A stretch of DNA of 64,000 nucleotides from Bryobacterales bacterium (GTDB taxonomy: Bacteria; Acidobacteriota; Terriglobia; Bryobacterales; UBA6623), in NCBI GenBank assembly GCA_965226435.1, contig CBDDCY010000007.1:17680-81679 (forward strand), in the 5' to 3' direction. Position 1 is the first letter of the stretch. Every line of letters starts with the position of its first letter. Below are positions 18,444 to 29,062 of this stretch, piece after piece. The notes under the pieces are model-generated. The model made no database searches, had not been told where the DNA came from, and saw only the letters and a list, made by a program, of their open reading frames with translations. The position numbers and the translations under genes are program-made.

Positions 18444-21200
18444 CTAGTCCTGTTCGCGGTCGCGGAACTCTTCGTACCAGTTCTGGACGATGTGGATCGA
18501 AGGTCGACTCGCTTGCTCGTCTTCCACGTCTTCGATAACAACGAATCGTTGCCCGTCGGCGGAGACGTCGTATTGATACGCGATATCCAAACCTATATCA
18601 CCTTGGCCCGGAAGGCGGAATAGCGATTTGGGCGACCCGGTCGAAAACTCTCCAACGGTCGAAACGGAAACCGCCACGAGGGTCTGCCCCTCGACGTAAA
18701 AAAGCTCCCCGCCATCCTCGCGCCAAAGCGGTTGCCGACCTCCGTCGGCCGTGAGCTGCCGTTTACCACTGCCTTGTGGAAATGGGCGCACATAAATTTC
18801 ATTTCGGCCCGACTCGTTTGAATCGTAGGCAACGAACCGGCCGTCCGGCGAAAGCTGTCCATTGGTCTCTGAAAACTCGGTCTGAAGAAAGACGCGCGCC
18901 TCGAAAGTCCCCTCTTGCGCTTTGCGCTGGAGATACCCAATGTCCCACCCGGTTTGCGGATCCACAAGGCTGTAGAACAGAATCCCGCCGTCGGCCGACC
19001 AGCTGGCAGGGAATTCGAGTAGGGGCTCGCCGATCACAAGTGTTGCTTCGCCGCTGCCGTCGGCCGATCGAATGAAGATGTCCTGATTGCCTCGACGGTT
19101 GGAGCTGAAAGCAATCTCCTTCCCCGAGGGCGACCACACCGGGAAATCGTCGTTGCCCGGGTCGAATGTCAAGCGCGTACTTACAGAGCGATCTACGTCG
19201 TGCACCCAAATGTCCATGTCTCCTCCCTGCACGAATTGAACTGCCACGCGCCGATCGTCAAGCGACAATGCCGGTTGCACCATCCCTTCCTGGGGTCGGC
19301 CAATCACGCCCATCTTTCGTCCGGCGCGGTCGAACCAGGCCAACTGACGCGGCCTCATGTCCTCGAAGTCAACGGCCACCAACGTACCGTCATCCGCCAG
19401 ACTCGGGTCGGCCAGACCCTCCGCGACACGGAACGCCTCACCGGTGGCGCGTAGCGTCTCGATCGAGAACGGCAAGGCCCATAACCCCGCCTCAAGAACG
19501 TTCGTCTGATACACAATATGTCCGCTCGGAGCATAGATGGGGAAAGCGCCGGTTGCCAGGACCGAGAACTGACCGTTTTCCAGGTTCTTGACGGCAATCT
19601 CTTGATCGTTCGCTGTCCCCACAGTGAAAACGATGGCGCGAGCAGCGGCCTTTTCGGGTAAGAACGAAGGAAACCAATTGCCTCTTCCCCTTTCGGTAAT
19701 CTTGCGTTCGAATAACAACCTCGGCTCCCCGCCCTGATCGGGGATCTCGAACATTCTCGGAGGCAACCCCGCGCTGAACGCAATCGAGCGGCCGTCCGGG
19801 CTCCACGAACCGGAAGCATACGCTTCCCGGGGGACCGAACAAAGGGTGATGACCGAGCCGCCCTCAACGGGAACCTTTTTCAAATGGTTGTCCGCGGCGA
19901 ATCCAATGAACCGGCCGTCGGGTGACCAGAATAGACCCTGGTGGTAGGCACCCTGGGTTCCAGCAAGCATCCTTGGTTCTTTGTTGTCTATATCCCGTAC
20001 CCAGAGTGTCGGTTCGTCCCCGGCCGCCAGGTAGACGATATGCTTCCCGTTGGGTGAAATCGCAGCCCGCCCGCGGGGAATGGTTGAGGCCACAGGATGG
20101 AGATTCTCGGGGGTGAATGAAAACCGGCGCACGGCCGGTTCGGGAGCTTCTTCACCGAAATGAACGAAAGAAACGACCAAGAGCGCGATCAGCAGCACGG
20201 CCGAGACTACGGCAAGCAGCAGTTCACGGTTCGTGGGGGTTCTTGTTCTCTGTTGGACTGAGTCAACACCGGCGACTGTTGCGCGCGTGCCCGGTTCACG
20301 CCCCTCGGCGTCGGCGACCGTCGCGGAAGCGGACTGGTCCCTCGAACGCGCGGGTGGTGCTCTCACGATCGTCGAGCGTCCCGACTCCATTTTCTTATGC
20401 AGGCTCTTGAGGTCGACGACCAAATCACCCGCATCCTTGTACCGCTCCTCGCGGTCCTTGGAAAGGCACTTGGCGACGTAAACCTCCAGTTCCATGGGCA
20501 CGCCGGCACGGACGCCCGTAATCGGCTCGTGCTCCTCGTTGAGGATCTCGTAGACCAGCGCCTGATCGTAGAGGCCCTTGAACGGCCGCTGTCCGCAGAC
20601 CATTTCGTAGAGCACGCATCCCAGAGCCCAAATGTCGGCGCGGTGATCGACCTTGGCGCCCTCGGCCTGCTCCGGCGACATGTAGGCGACCGTCCCGAGC
20701 GTCGTATCGAACTTAGTGAGTTTGGAACCCTCGGTCAGCAGAGCGAGACCGAAGTCCATCACCGTGACGTGGCCCTTTTCGTCGACCATCACGTTGCCCG
20801 GTTTGATGTCGCGATGGACAACGCCCTTTTCGTGAGCGGCTTCCAGTCCGTTAGCAATTTGTTGGGCGATATCGAGGGCTTCGAGGATCTTCAGCGGCCC
20901 TTGCTCGATCTTCTTGTCGAGACTGTCGCCTTCAATGAAGGCCATTGCCAAAAAGGTTTGGCCCTCCTCTTCGCCGATTTCGTAAACGGGGCAGACGTTG
21001 GGGTGATGCACCGACGCCGCGGCTTTGGCTTCTCTGTGGAAGCGTTTGTTCGCTTCCTCGTCTTTCAGTAGGTGAGCAGCCAGGAATTTGAGAGCGACGG
21101 GACGGTCGAGCTTCATGTCCTCGGCCTTGTAGACCACCCCCATCCCGCCCCGGCCGAGCTCGGAGCGGATCTTGTAGTGGGAAATGGTTTGGCCGATCAA
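18444..21200 (-). CDS. Hanks-type Ser/Thr kinase with TM segment and PD40/TolB-like beta-propeller
   Basis: LGRGGMGVVYKA, VALKFL, HRDIKPGN, DFGLA, GTVAYMSPEQ; multiple SPDG/WSPSG repeats; TTG start. Confidence 0.95.
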   Translation of the reverse strand: MIGQTISHYKIRSELGRGGMGVVYKAEDMKLDRPVALKFLAAHLLKDEEANKRFHREAKAAASVHHPNVCPVYEIGEEEGQTFLAMAFIEGDSLDKKIEQGPLKILEALDIAQQIANGLEAAHEKGVVHRDIKPGNVMVDEKGHVTVMDFGLALLTEGSKLTKFDTTLGTVAYMSPEQAEGAKVDHRADIWALGCVLYEMVCGQRPFKGLYDQALVYEILNEEHEPITGVRAGVPMELEVYVAKCLSKDREERYKDAGDLVVDLKSLHKKMESGRSTIVRAPPARSRDQSASATVADAEGREPGTRATVAGVDSVQQRTRTPTNRELLLAVVSAVLLIALLVVSFVHFGEEAPEPAVRRFSFTPENLHPVASTIPRGRAAISPNGKHIVYLAAGDEPTLWVRDIDNKEPRMLAGTQGAYHQGLFWSPDGRFIGFAADNHLKKVPVEGGSVITLCSVPREAYASGSWSPDGRSIAFSAGLPPRMFEIPDQGGEPRLLFERKITERGRGNWFPSFLPEKAAARAIVFTVGTANDQEIAVKNLENGQFSVLATGAFPIYAPSGHIVYQTNVLEAGLWALPFSIETLRATGEAFRVAEGLADPSLADDGTLVAVDFEDMRPRQLAWFDRAGRKMGVIGRPQEGMVQPALSLDDRRVAVQFVQGGDMDIWVHDVDRSVSTRLTFDPGNDDFPVWSPSGKEIAFSSNRRGNQDIFIRSADGSGEATLVIGEPLLEFPASWSADGGILFYSLVDPQTGWDIGYLQRKAQEGTFEARVFLQTEFSETNGQLSPDGRFVAYDSNESGRNEIYVRPFPQGSGKRQLTADGGRQPLWREDGGELFYVEGQTLVAVSVSTVGEFSTGSPKSLFRLPGQGDIGLDIAYQYDVSADGQRFVVIEDVEDEQASRPSIHIVQNWYEEFRDREQD

Positions 21201-21269
21201 GATGGGGCTATTGTACCGCTATGACGAATAGCCGCCATCGCCCGCCCGTAATCAATGCCCGCGATATCT

Positions 21270-21755
21270 TCACTCCGGCCACTGCAAGTGTTTACGCAAG
21301 AACTCGAAAGTCCCGCGGCCGTTAATCGTGTGAGGGCCGTTGAAGAACTCGATCCGGGTACGGTCGGCCAGATTCATCTTCGTCACGTAAAACCGCCGCA
21401 CCTTAGCGTATTCGTAGGCCACCCACTCGTCCGGGGCAACTCCGTCGAAGTGGCCACGCTCGACCATGAAAGGCCGCGGCGCCATCAGGTTTCCGAGTTC
21501 CGCGTAGTTGACGACATTGGCAAGATCAAATTCGATCATGTCGTACTCCCTCGTGAGTAGGTAGCTATAGGAGGCGTCCACACTGGTGTTCTTCCAAACC
21601 CATTCATTAAAGTCCGCCGAACATATCGACAGAGCGTAACCATCCAAGAGAGGCGGCACGCGAACCGCCGTCTTTCCACCATAGGAAAGGCCGTAGAAAC
21701 CAATGCGCTCGGCGTCGACAAAGGGCAGCTCGGAGAGCCACGCTAGGATGCGCTG
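21270..21755 (-). pseudogene. C-terminal fragment of an alpha/beta (dienelactone hydrolase-like) hydrolase
   Basis: QRILAWLSELPFVDAERIGFYGLSYGGKTA (GxSxG), ERGHFDG, FNGPHTI; in-frame stop just upstream of 21755. Confidence 0.8.
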
Positions 21756-21877
21756 AGCGCGAAGGCGTTAGCGCACTAGAACCGGACTTTCCCTTTAGCC
21801 TGCCCAATCCGAGAGACATAGCCCCGGAGTTGATCGAATAGGCCCCAGATCTCAAGCAGGGATTGGGATTGTCGAGG

Positions 21878-23602
21878 CTACGGTTGTCCGGGTACCGTAG
21901 GAAATTCCAGAATCAAGCTTCTGACTACGGGATTCTTGTGCTTTTCCTCCGGGCGCACGCGCAGCATAACCCGGTAAAACCGAACCGTGTGCACCGACCG
22001 CAGTCGAGGGTCCAGTTCGGCTGCTGTCGCCCAAAACTTTTGGAACGGCAGGGCTTCGCCGGTCTCAATACCGATGGCGGCGATTCTGAGCAGCAGCATC
22101 CTGAAACGTTCCGGACGAAACTCCTGTCGGATCACCGAAAGATCGATGGGAGTTTCAGAGCCGTCCTGTTCGCTGGAGTAGAGGCTGATGAACCTGTCCT
22201 CCTCCTCGACATTGTAGGCAAAGATCGGGAAACACGCGAAGGGCCACGCCATCTCGGCCCGGAGCAGGCCCGCAACGGCGGCTCCTAAAAGAACTAAGTT
22301 TCCTGTCCAAGCAACTGTGCGCGGAATACGATTCTTAACCGGCTGGATTAGCTTATCGGATCGAGTCGACGCTTTAGCGGACTCCGATACGACGCGACAT
22401 ACACGCGAGTCCGCAACCGACCGGTATATTCGGTTGCCTATCCTTTTCACGGGTCTGAGATAGAGAAAGGGCACCACCGGCCAAAGGAAGGGGATACGCC
22501 GCGCCATCTCACGGTAGGCATCGTAACCCTTGTAAGCCCTTCGTCCTACAAGCATGTGCATGTCTCTCGCCCAGCTTTGGCGCTCACCCTTCCCGGAAGG
22601 AATGAGCTTGACCTGCTCTTCGTCCAGAAAATTAATGTAAGTTAGTCTATCGAAAACATCGAAGACCCGAAGCATGCCGATAACGCGCCGGCAGAGCAAG
22701 CAATTTCCGTCGTATAACAGGATCCCCTGAAGGGGGAAGAGCTTCGCGCCTACCCACCTACACCACGACGAAATGTCAAAGAATGCGACGTAGGCGAACT
22801 GTAGGGCTGCAAATGGAATGCCGAGAGTAAAGGCGTTAGCGTTGTGAAAAGCGAGCCCCGCCCATGCCGCAAAGGTTCGAGTGCGACGGAATGCGATGAG
22901 AAACACAAAACCGATTTCAAACAGCACTACTCCGGCAGCCATCAAAGTCAGAATGGTGTCGGGCAAAAGGTCGATTCGCCAGCCGGACAACTCCGGAGTG
23001 CGGACCCATTGTCGGTAGAGCATGAATCGAATGGTATCACTGGAGATCCAAGGCCCCGAGAGAATTTTCCAAAACCCAGGAAACAAATAGATAAGCCCGA
23101 TAGTTAACCAAACAAATCGCAAGGGCGCTCCGTATGCGGCTGATGGTCCGGGAATTTCGTATAGTCGCTGGGCCGCATGGCGCCACGCCCGAATTACCGC
23201 GTCCAATGAGAGAGCGTCCCCGGATCGCCCCGCCGCCAAGAGCGCCGTAAACCATACCAGAAAGTGATAATGATTGACTTTGCCGAATAAATTGGGAACG
23301 CCCAGCACGTATATGCTCAGCAAAGTTACGATGAGAGCCGAAGAACGTGAAAACAGACCCACCATTCCAGTAAGACAACACACTGTCAGGACAACTTTGG
23401 CTGTTCCGACCCATAACGGGTTGAGGTAAAAAACGGGTAGGATTCTCGGCAAGCCTTCCGGGAGCAGCAAATACTCAGTGGGCAACCTGCTGTAGAGAAC
23501 GGCCGGACTGCCATCGAGCGTCAAAAGCAGGGAAAAAAACACAGCGATCCGGAAGACCGCGAGATTTATTGGGTGCGAGGGGGCGTCGATCTCTTCTGCC
23601 AT
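21878..23602 (-). CDS. Membrane protein: HTTM-like domain fused to DCC1-like thiol-disulfide oxidoreductase (DUF393)
   Basis: LAVFRI...GKVNHYH...GLIYLFPGFWKI...VVLFEIGF TM region, then LLYDGNCLLCRR; looks more AT-rich than its flanks. Confidence 0.75.
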   Translation of the reverse strand: MAEEIDAPSHPINLAVFRIAVFFSLLLTLDGSPAVLYSRLPTEYLLLPEGLPRILPVFYLNPLWVGTAKVVLTVCCLTGMVGLFSRSSALIVTLLSIYVLGVPNLFGKVNHYHFLVWFTALLAAGRSGDALSLDAVIRAWRHAAQRLYEIPGPSAAYGAPLRFVWLTIGLIYLFPGFWKILSGPWISSDTIRFMLYRQWVRTPELSGWRIDLLPDTILTLMAAGVVLFEIGFVFLIAFRRTRTFAAWAGLAFHNANAFTLGIPFAALQFAYVAFFDISSWCRWVGAKLFPLQGILLYDGNCLLCRRVIGMLRVFDVFDRLTYINFLDEEQVKLIPSGKGERQSWARDMHMLVGRRAYKGYDAYREMARRIPFLWPVVPFLYLRPVKRIGNRIYRSVADSRVCRVVSESAKASTRSDKLIQPVKNRIPRTVAWTGNLVLLGAAVAGLLRAEMAWPFACFPIFAYNVEEEDRFISLYSSEQDGSETPIDLSVIRQEFRPERFRMLLLRIAAIGIETGEALPFQKFWATAAELDPRLRSVHTVRFYRVMLRVRPEEKHKNPVVRSLILEFPTVPGQP

Positions 23603-23639
23603 GATTCACTACAAGGAGCCGGCACGATGAAGATCAGAA

Positions 23640-23946
23640 CCAGGATTTCCATTTTGGCCCTGGCACGGTTACAGGATACACTCCCGTTGCGCCGAATATC
23701 ACGTCTTTTCGCGCTGAACCCTGCACATCACCTCCGCCGGTATGGCGCCAGGGCTCGTCCGTCCGCTCACAGACGTTGATTGAGCGGACTGAACGGCGCT
23801 CCGGCCGACACTGCTCCCTGCGAAACCTTTTTGGAGCCAAAAACTGTTGATCATCGCCCAGGGCAACGCTACCCACCCGGCACAGGCAGCGCCCAGATCC
23901 TATGCAGCATGTCACCGAACAGCCGCCGGTTCAGATGCCCCTCCAC
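23640..23946 (-). mobile_element. Remnant 3' end of an IS1380-family element
   Basis: Minus frame 23946-23869 reads VEGHLNRRLFGDMLHRIWALPVPGG*, which I recall as the C-terminus of acidobacterial IS1380 transposases; candidate terminal IR CCAGGATTTCCATTTTGG at 23640-23657. Confidence 0.55.
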
Positions 23947-24873
23947 CGTCGCCGACAAGCTCGACACCTCCACCCGAACCGTCGGCAAATGGAAGCGTCG
24001 CTTCCTCGAAGCCCGCCTCGACGGCTTCGAAACTCGACGGCCCGGTCAGCCGCCCCGCGCCCTGACCCCTAAACTGCGCGCCCGCATTCTCAACGCCACC
24101 CGTCGTAAGCCCCACGACGGCTCCACGCATTGGTCGTGTCGCAAGCTCGCCAAACAACTCGGCGTCAGTAAAACGATGGTCCATAAAGTCTGGCAGGAGG
24201 CCGGCCTCAAGCCCCACCGTCTGGAACGCTACAGGGCCTCCAACGATCCCGACTTCGAGCGTAAAGCCGCCGACATCATCGGGCTCTACCTCGACCCGCC
24301 GCAACACGCCGCCGTGTTTTGCGTCGATGAAAAAACGGCCATCCAAGCGCTCGATCGTCGCGATCGCGTGTTGCCGCTATCGCCGGGACCAGCCGAGCGC
24401 CATGGCTTCGAGTACAAACGCAACGGCACGCTGTCACTCTACGCCGCCTTGAACACTCAGACCGGCCAAGTGCAAGGCAAGACGGCCGCGCATCACACCA
24501 GCCGCGAATTTGTCGGCTTTCTCGAACAAGTCGTCGCGGGGCAACCGACCGAGCAGGAGATCCACATCATTTGCGACAACCTCTCGGCGCACAAAACCAA
24601 GCGCGTCGAAACGTTTCTCGAAGCGCACCCGAGCGTTCAGCTTCACTTCACGCCGACCTACTCCTCGTGGCTCAATCAAGTCGAACTTTGGTTCGCCAAA
24701 CTGCAACGCGACGTGATTGCGCGCGGCGTGTTCACCTCGACCGCCGACCTGGCCCGCAAGCTGCGCCGCTACATCAATGCTTACTCGAAAGACGCCAAAC
24801 CGTTCCGCTGGAAATACTCCGACCCTTCACGACGCATTCGCCATGCATAACTTTTCTCTAGGACAGTCCACTA
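23947..24873 (+). mobile_element. 5'-truncated IS630-family element
   Basis: Transposase similarity starts at VADKLDTSTRTVGKWKRRF; WSCRKLA HTH; DDE motifs CVDEK, ICDNLSAHK, LNQVELWF; right end GGACAGTCCAC followed by TA in CTAG; left end and first codons are missing. Confidence 0.85.
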
Positions 24874-26180
24874 GTTGATCGAACTGCCGGTGCAACCGCG
24901 GTGTGGGATCATAGTCGTCGCGTCGGTCCTCGGGCGCCGAGTGCCCCGGCATGAGCTCTTGACGAACACCTGGCAGGTCCAGCAAGGCTGCCAATGCTTC
25001 CTCGGATCCCGGTGGCCCTTCGCCGTCGCCACTCGCAATCAGTCGCAATCTCTTCCCGGCTCCAAGGCTCGAAAAGAAGCGGCGGTTCCGTTCTACTTCT
25101 TGGCGAACGGACGCCAATGACGGGGTGGTCAGGACTCCGTTTGGAGTCGCGCCCTTGCGCTGATCGGTTTCAGGCGGGGGGCCGTTTACCTCCGGCGCGC
25201 CACTCGCTTCCACAATGAGGGCGCGAGGGGCGACAAGACCGGCAATCTCCGCGTCGCCAAACTCCTTGAGCAGCGACCATATGTCCCGGTAGACAGGTTC
25301 GCTCCACACTTGTTCCCGCAGTTGAAAGTAGCCGCTGACGAACGCGGCGTCGATGCGCGTATCGAGCGCGGCGCTGTAGAGGGCGAGAAGCCCGCCCTCG
25401 CCGTAGCCCGCGACCGCAATGGGCGCCGGGTGCGTCTGGTTCTCGGCGGCGAACCAATCCACCAAAGCCAAAACCTTCTGTACTTCGTAGCCGATAATGT
25501 GCCTTCCCACCTCGAACGCCATGCGATAGAGGAATTCACGGTGGGGCTGGTTTGTCATGCGGAACTCCGCGATGCCGGACCAGGTGTCGTTGCGGTCGAT
25601 GAGCACGGGGATGACCACCTGGCAACCGTTTTCGGCCAGTCGCCGCGCGAACTGCGCCACCGGATCGACTCCCGGTGCGAGACCGACAAGCATCTCCGGA
25701 GTCCAGTCAGCGTCGGGAACCGCCACCACGCGAGCGATCGGAGTGCTACTGGGCTGCAGCAGCAGCCCTTCCGCGGTTACACCGTTGAGAACCGGGCCGG
25801 CGGACGGCGAAGACCTTGTAGCCGTTCCCGCTTGCGACTTCCGCCGACGCGGATGTCGTTGCCACAAGTTCGAGCGCGGCAACAGGCAGCCTCTTATCGA
25901 CCGCGCCGATGATCTTACGGAGTCGCCGACGGTTCGGTTCGACAGAGCGGTCATAGGCTTCTCGAGAGCTGAAATCACGATTCCAGAATCGATCGCGCTC
26001 GCCGGCCATATCCCTGGTCTTCTTCTCCAAGAAGGTGTTGATGCCGTCCACCATCCGGGCGGCCATATCTCCTTCCATTGCAAGCGCCGCCGTGCCGGGC
26101 AGCCTGTCTTGGCCAAAGGCGGCGGCGGAGGCGGCGCACAAAGCCACAGTCAACCAACTTACGGTTCTTAGCGTTTTCAT
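24874..26180 (-). pseudogene. N-terminal part of the same secreted alpha/beta hydrolase, frameshifted near 25797 and cut by IS630
   Basis: Signal peptide, MVDGINTFL, VFAVR then a frame change to PVLNGVTAEGLLL; GYGEGG; ends RQFDQL at the IS630 TA site. Confidence 0.8.
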
Positions 26181-26229
26181 CCTTGTTCTTGCTCCCTGAG
26201 ATGAATTTTCCGCCGGGCTTGGCCCGCTG

Positions 26230-28839
26230 TTACGGTTGCCTCCGCCCGATCCTACGCTTGAACTCCCCGGGCGATGAACCCTTTCTCACCAGGACGACAG
26301 TCTCGTCCGATTTCACGAAAAACTCCAAAAGCCGGCCGGCCATTCCTTCCGCCTCGGCCTCATCCCGATAAACAACAACTTCCTCCTCGCCCCAGGGGTT
26401 TCGCAAACGGCACAGGCTCCCACCCGCCGAGCGCAGTTCCACAAACCGCACCACGCCGCCCTTGATCGCCGACGTCGCAAGAAATCCCCCCCTCACCGGC
26501 AGCGTGTACTCCGCGTCCCACCCCTCGGGCCAAGCCGGGAAAACGCGCACCACCGGATCACCGCCCGGCCGCGCCGGAACCCCCTGCAACAGCGCCAATT
26601 GCAAGGCGTCCAACGCGCGCCCCAAACGCTCGGCGTCATTCGCCTGTGGGCCTTCCACCAACGACATCCGGTTCCGCAAAGCGTTGCTCCCCGTCCGCCC
26701 GGGCCTGACCGTGTCGTCTTTTCCCCAGCCGCCGATTTGGCTCGGAATCAGAATCTTGACGTCCGAAGCCCGCCCCAGCAGCGCCGCCGTCCGCGGGCTC
26801 GGGTCCAGCGAATCAATCTTGGTCCGTGAATTGATCCCTCCGGGGAACAACGACTCGAAGGAATCATTCGCAGTTTGCATCAACTTCGCATCCTCGGTCT
26901 CGAGCGTGCACAAGTCGTAGTGAATCGCCGGAACGATCGTATGGTAGCTGCGGTTGGTCCCGTCGCCCCAGGCATGCGGTTTCCGCCCGTTGGCCCACAC
27001 CCGCGGCATGCCGGGCTTCCTCGGGTCGAGCGCGTCGGGATCGTCGTTGGTCGGCAGCGGCGTTAGATTCGCGAGCAGCTCGCGCCAGGCCTCGCGGGGA
27101 TCGGCGTCGACGTCGAGCAGTTCCGATGCTCGAATCGCGAGCGGCAGCACGCCGTACATCGCCGAGAGTTCCTCCATCGTGTCTTGCGCGCCCCACACCG
27201 GCTCATGGTTGTTGACGTGATGGATGTGGTATTTCCCGTCCGCGCCTTTTTTCAAGTTCGGAAAAAACCGAAAAAACTCGGCCACGCCCCGCAACATCGG
27301 ATACGCCCGATCCCGAAGCCAATCCTGATCCTGCGTGAACTGGTAGCGCTCCCAAAAGAGAAACGCGATTTTCGCGCCGCTCGACAGAATGTGCAACACA
27401 TGCCCGTTCGCGCCCGCGCCCTTGTCGGAGAACGTCCACCGCCCGTCGACCCACTTGCCGTGAGCCTTCCAATTCCAGCGGCTCGAATGCGGCGGCTTGC
27501 GCCGCGCGAACTCCCGAAAAGCTTGCGATCGCGCCTCCCACGGCTTTCGGAACAAATACAGCTCCCGCATCTCGGCCGCCATCTTTTCCGGCAACTCGGC
27601 CAACCCGTCAAACCACGTCGTTTCGGGAATGAAAAGGCCGCGGCTGCCCCACTGTTGCCGAGCCGCCCGCGCTCCGGATTCATACATCCCCGAATACATG
27701 TCGAACATCGGGTCCGTCAACCGCAACCGATTCGTGCCGAGCATGCCTTGGTAGTAGCTGCTGACGTTATGCCACCAAAACTGGCTGCCCCACTCGCGCC
27801 GATCGCCGCCGGTCGTCCACAGCATGCCGTTGAACTTCGGCGGGAACTTTCCGCGCGACGTCGATGCCATCAAATAGAGAAAGTAGTTGTAGTGCGCCTC
27901 GACGAAATCGGCCACGCCGTCTTCGCTTTCGAGATGAACAAACGACCGCGCCCAAAACTTCCCCCACCAATCGCGATTCGCCGCGAGCAAGCCGTCGAAC
28001 CCCACCCCGGCGGCCGCCTCGAGTTGCCCCAGCGCCTCGGCGACAATGTCGTCATCTTTCGCGAAACTCGCCGCGCTCCCAAGCAGCACGGTGAACGTCC
28101 CACGCCCCGCGGCGGCCGTCAAAACCATCTCGTCTTCACTCACCGACTTGACTTTCACCGCCCGTCCGATCACCGCCGCGGCCAGCGCCGAGTGGTTGTA
28201 GTAGTCGCCCTCGCTGAATCGTTGACGAAGGACGACACGGTTCCCTCGCGTCAAGAAATCCGACCGCGCCAGATGGCTGCGTGTGCGCACCACCGGCGGG
28301 CGCAACATCCTCAGACTTGTCTTGATCGGAGTGGGCCTCTCGCGCTTGTCTTCGATCGACAACGCGATCACGTCCTTGTCGTGCCAAGCCAGTGCCCGCA
28401 CGCTCACTCCCCGACCTTCCACGCCGAGCAGGCCGTCATACACCGATAGATGCTGCACCGTCCGCTCTTCGGGAAAGACATCGTCGCCGAAATCAACGAA
28501 GTCGATATCCACGAACCCAACTCCGCAGCAGTAGTCGGAATGGCGCTCAATAAAGCTCCGCGTGCGGCTGTCGTTCGAGAAAACGTCCACGCGGTTGATC
28601 TGAAATTTCAGCGCTGTCGGAGAAGTCCAAGCCAGCGTGCCCATGCGACCGTTGCCGATCGGCAGCCCCTCTTCGCTTCGCCCCGCCGGCGTGTCGTAGT
28701 GCAGGTCGGCCGCGGAAACGAGACTGCGCTGGTCAACATCCAAGATGGTGGACGAGACGGTTTGCCCCTCGGAGGTAACGCCCAAGAATGCCGCGGCCGC
28801 CAAGGCGACAAACCCCAAACGGCAATAGAAACTCTTCAT
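26230..28839 (-). CDS. Secreted GH95-like glycoside hydrolase
   Basis: GLPIGNGRMG, YFLYLMASTSRG, YPMLRGVAEF, VFPAWPEGWDA, VRGGFLA, RLRNPW. Confidence 0.75.
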   Translation of the reverse strand: MKSFYCRLGFVALAAAAFLGVTSEGQTVSSTILDVDQRSLVSAADLHYDTPAGRSEEGLPIGNGRMGTLAWTSPTALKFQINRVDVFSNDSRTRSFIERHSDYCCGVGFVDIDFVDFGDDVFPEERTVQHLSVYDGLLGVEGRGVSVRALAWHDKDVIALSIEDKRERPTPIKTSLRMLRPPVVRTRSHLARSDFLTRGNRVVLRQRFSEGDYYNHSALAAAVIGRAVKVKSVSEDEMVLTAAAGRGTFTVLLGSAASFAKDDDIVAEALGQLEAAAGVGFDGLLAANRDWWGKFWARSFVHLESEDGVADFVEAHYNYFLYLMASTSRGKFPPKFNGMLWTTGGDRREWGSQFWWHNVSSYYQGMLGTNRLRLTDPMFDMYSGMYESGARAARQQWGSRGLFIPETTWFDGLAELPEKMAAEMRELYLFRKPWEARSQAFREFARRKPPHSSRWNWKAHGKWVDGRWTFSDKGAGANGHVLHILSSGAKIAFLFWERYQFTQDQDWLRDRAYPMLRGVAEFFRFFPNLKKGADGKYHIHHVNNHEPVWGAQDTMEELSAMYGVLPLAIRASELLDVDADPREAWRELLANLTPLPTNDDPDALDPRKPGMPRVWANGRKPHAWGDGTNRSYHTIVPAIHYDLCTLETEDAKLMQTANDSFESLFPGGINSRTKIDSLDPSPRTAALLGRASDVKILIPSQIGGWGKDDTVRPGRTGSNALRNRMSLVEGPQANDAERLGRALDALQLALLQGVPARPGGDPVVRVFPAWPEGWDAEYTLPVRGGFLATSAIKGGVVRFVELRSAGGSLCRLRNPWGEEEVVVYRDEAEAEGMAGRLLEFFVKSDETVVLVRKGSSPGEFKRRIGRRQP

Positions 28840-28896
28840 CAGTACACCTGGTTGTCCGTCTGGCTATCCGTCATCGAAAGTAGCCCCCGGGCTCTA

Positions 28897-28977
28897 GGCT
28901 CCGTAGGAGCCCCGGAATTTAGCCCATGGCTTTAGCCGTGGGGGAAATAGACAATAAGCGATAAGCCCTGGAAGGGC
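28897..28977. repeat. REP-like palindrome cluster
   Basis: Hairpins GGCTCCGTAGGAGCC, CCCATGGCTTTAGCCGTGGG and GCCCTGGAAGGGC between pirin and the GH95-like gene. Confidence 0.6.
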
Positions 28978-29062
28978 GTTGGAACAATCGTCCGATGCCA
29001 CCTCGCCCCCTCACTCCACAACCGCCGATATTCAATTCCGTCAATCCTGTCTTGCGCGCCCT

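Noticed and set aside
21756-21781. GCGCACTAG as the missing IS630 left end
   Set aside because: Only the CACTAG core matches and the orientation does not fit an inverted repeat of the right end.
23780-23946. N-terminal extension of the IS630 transposase ORF
   Set aside because: No transposase similarity before ~23947; this DNA reads better as an IS1380 remnant on the other strand.
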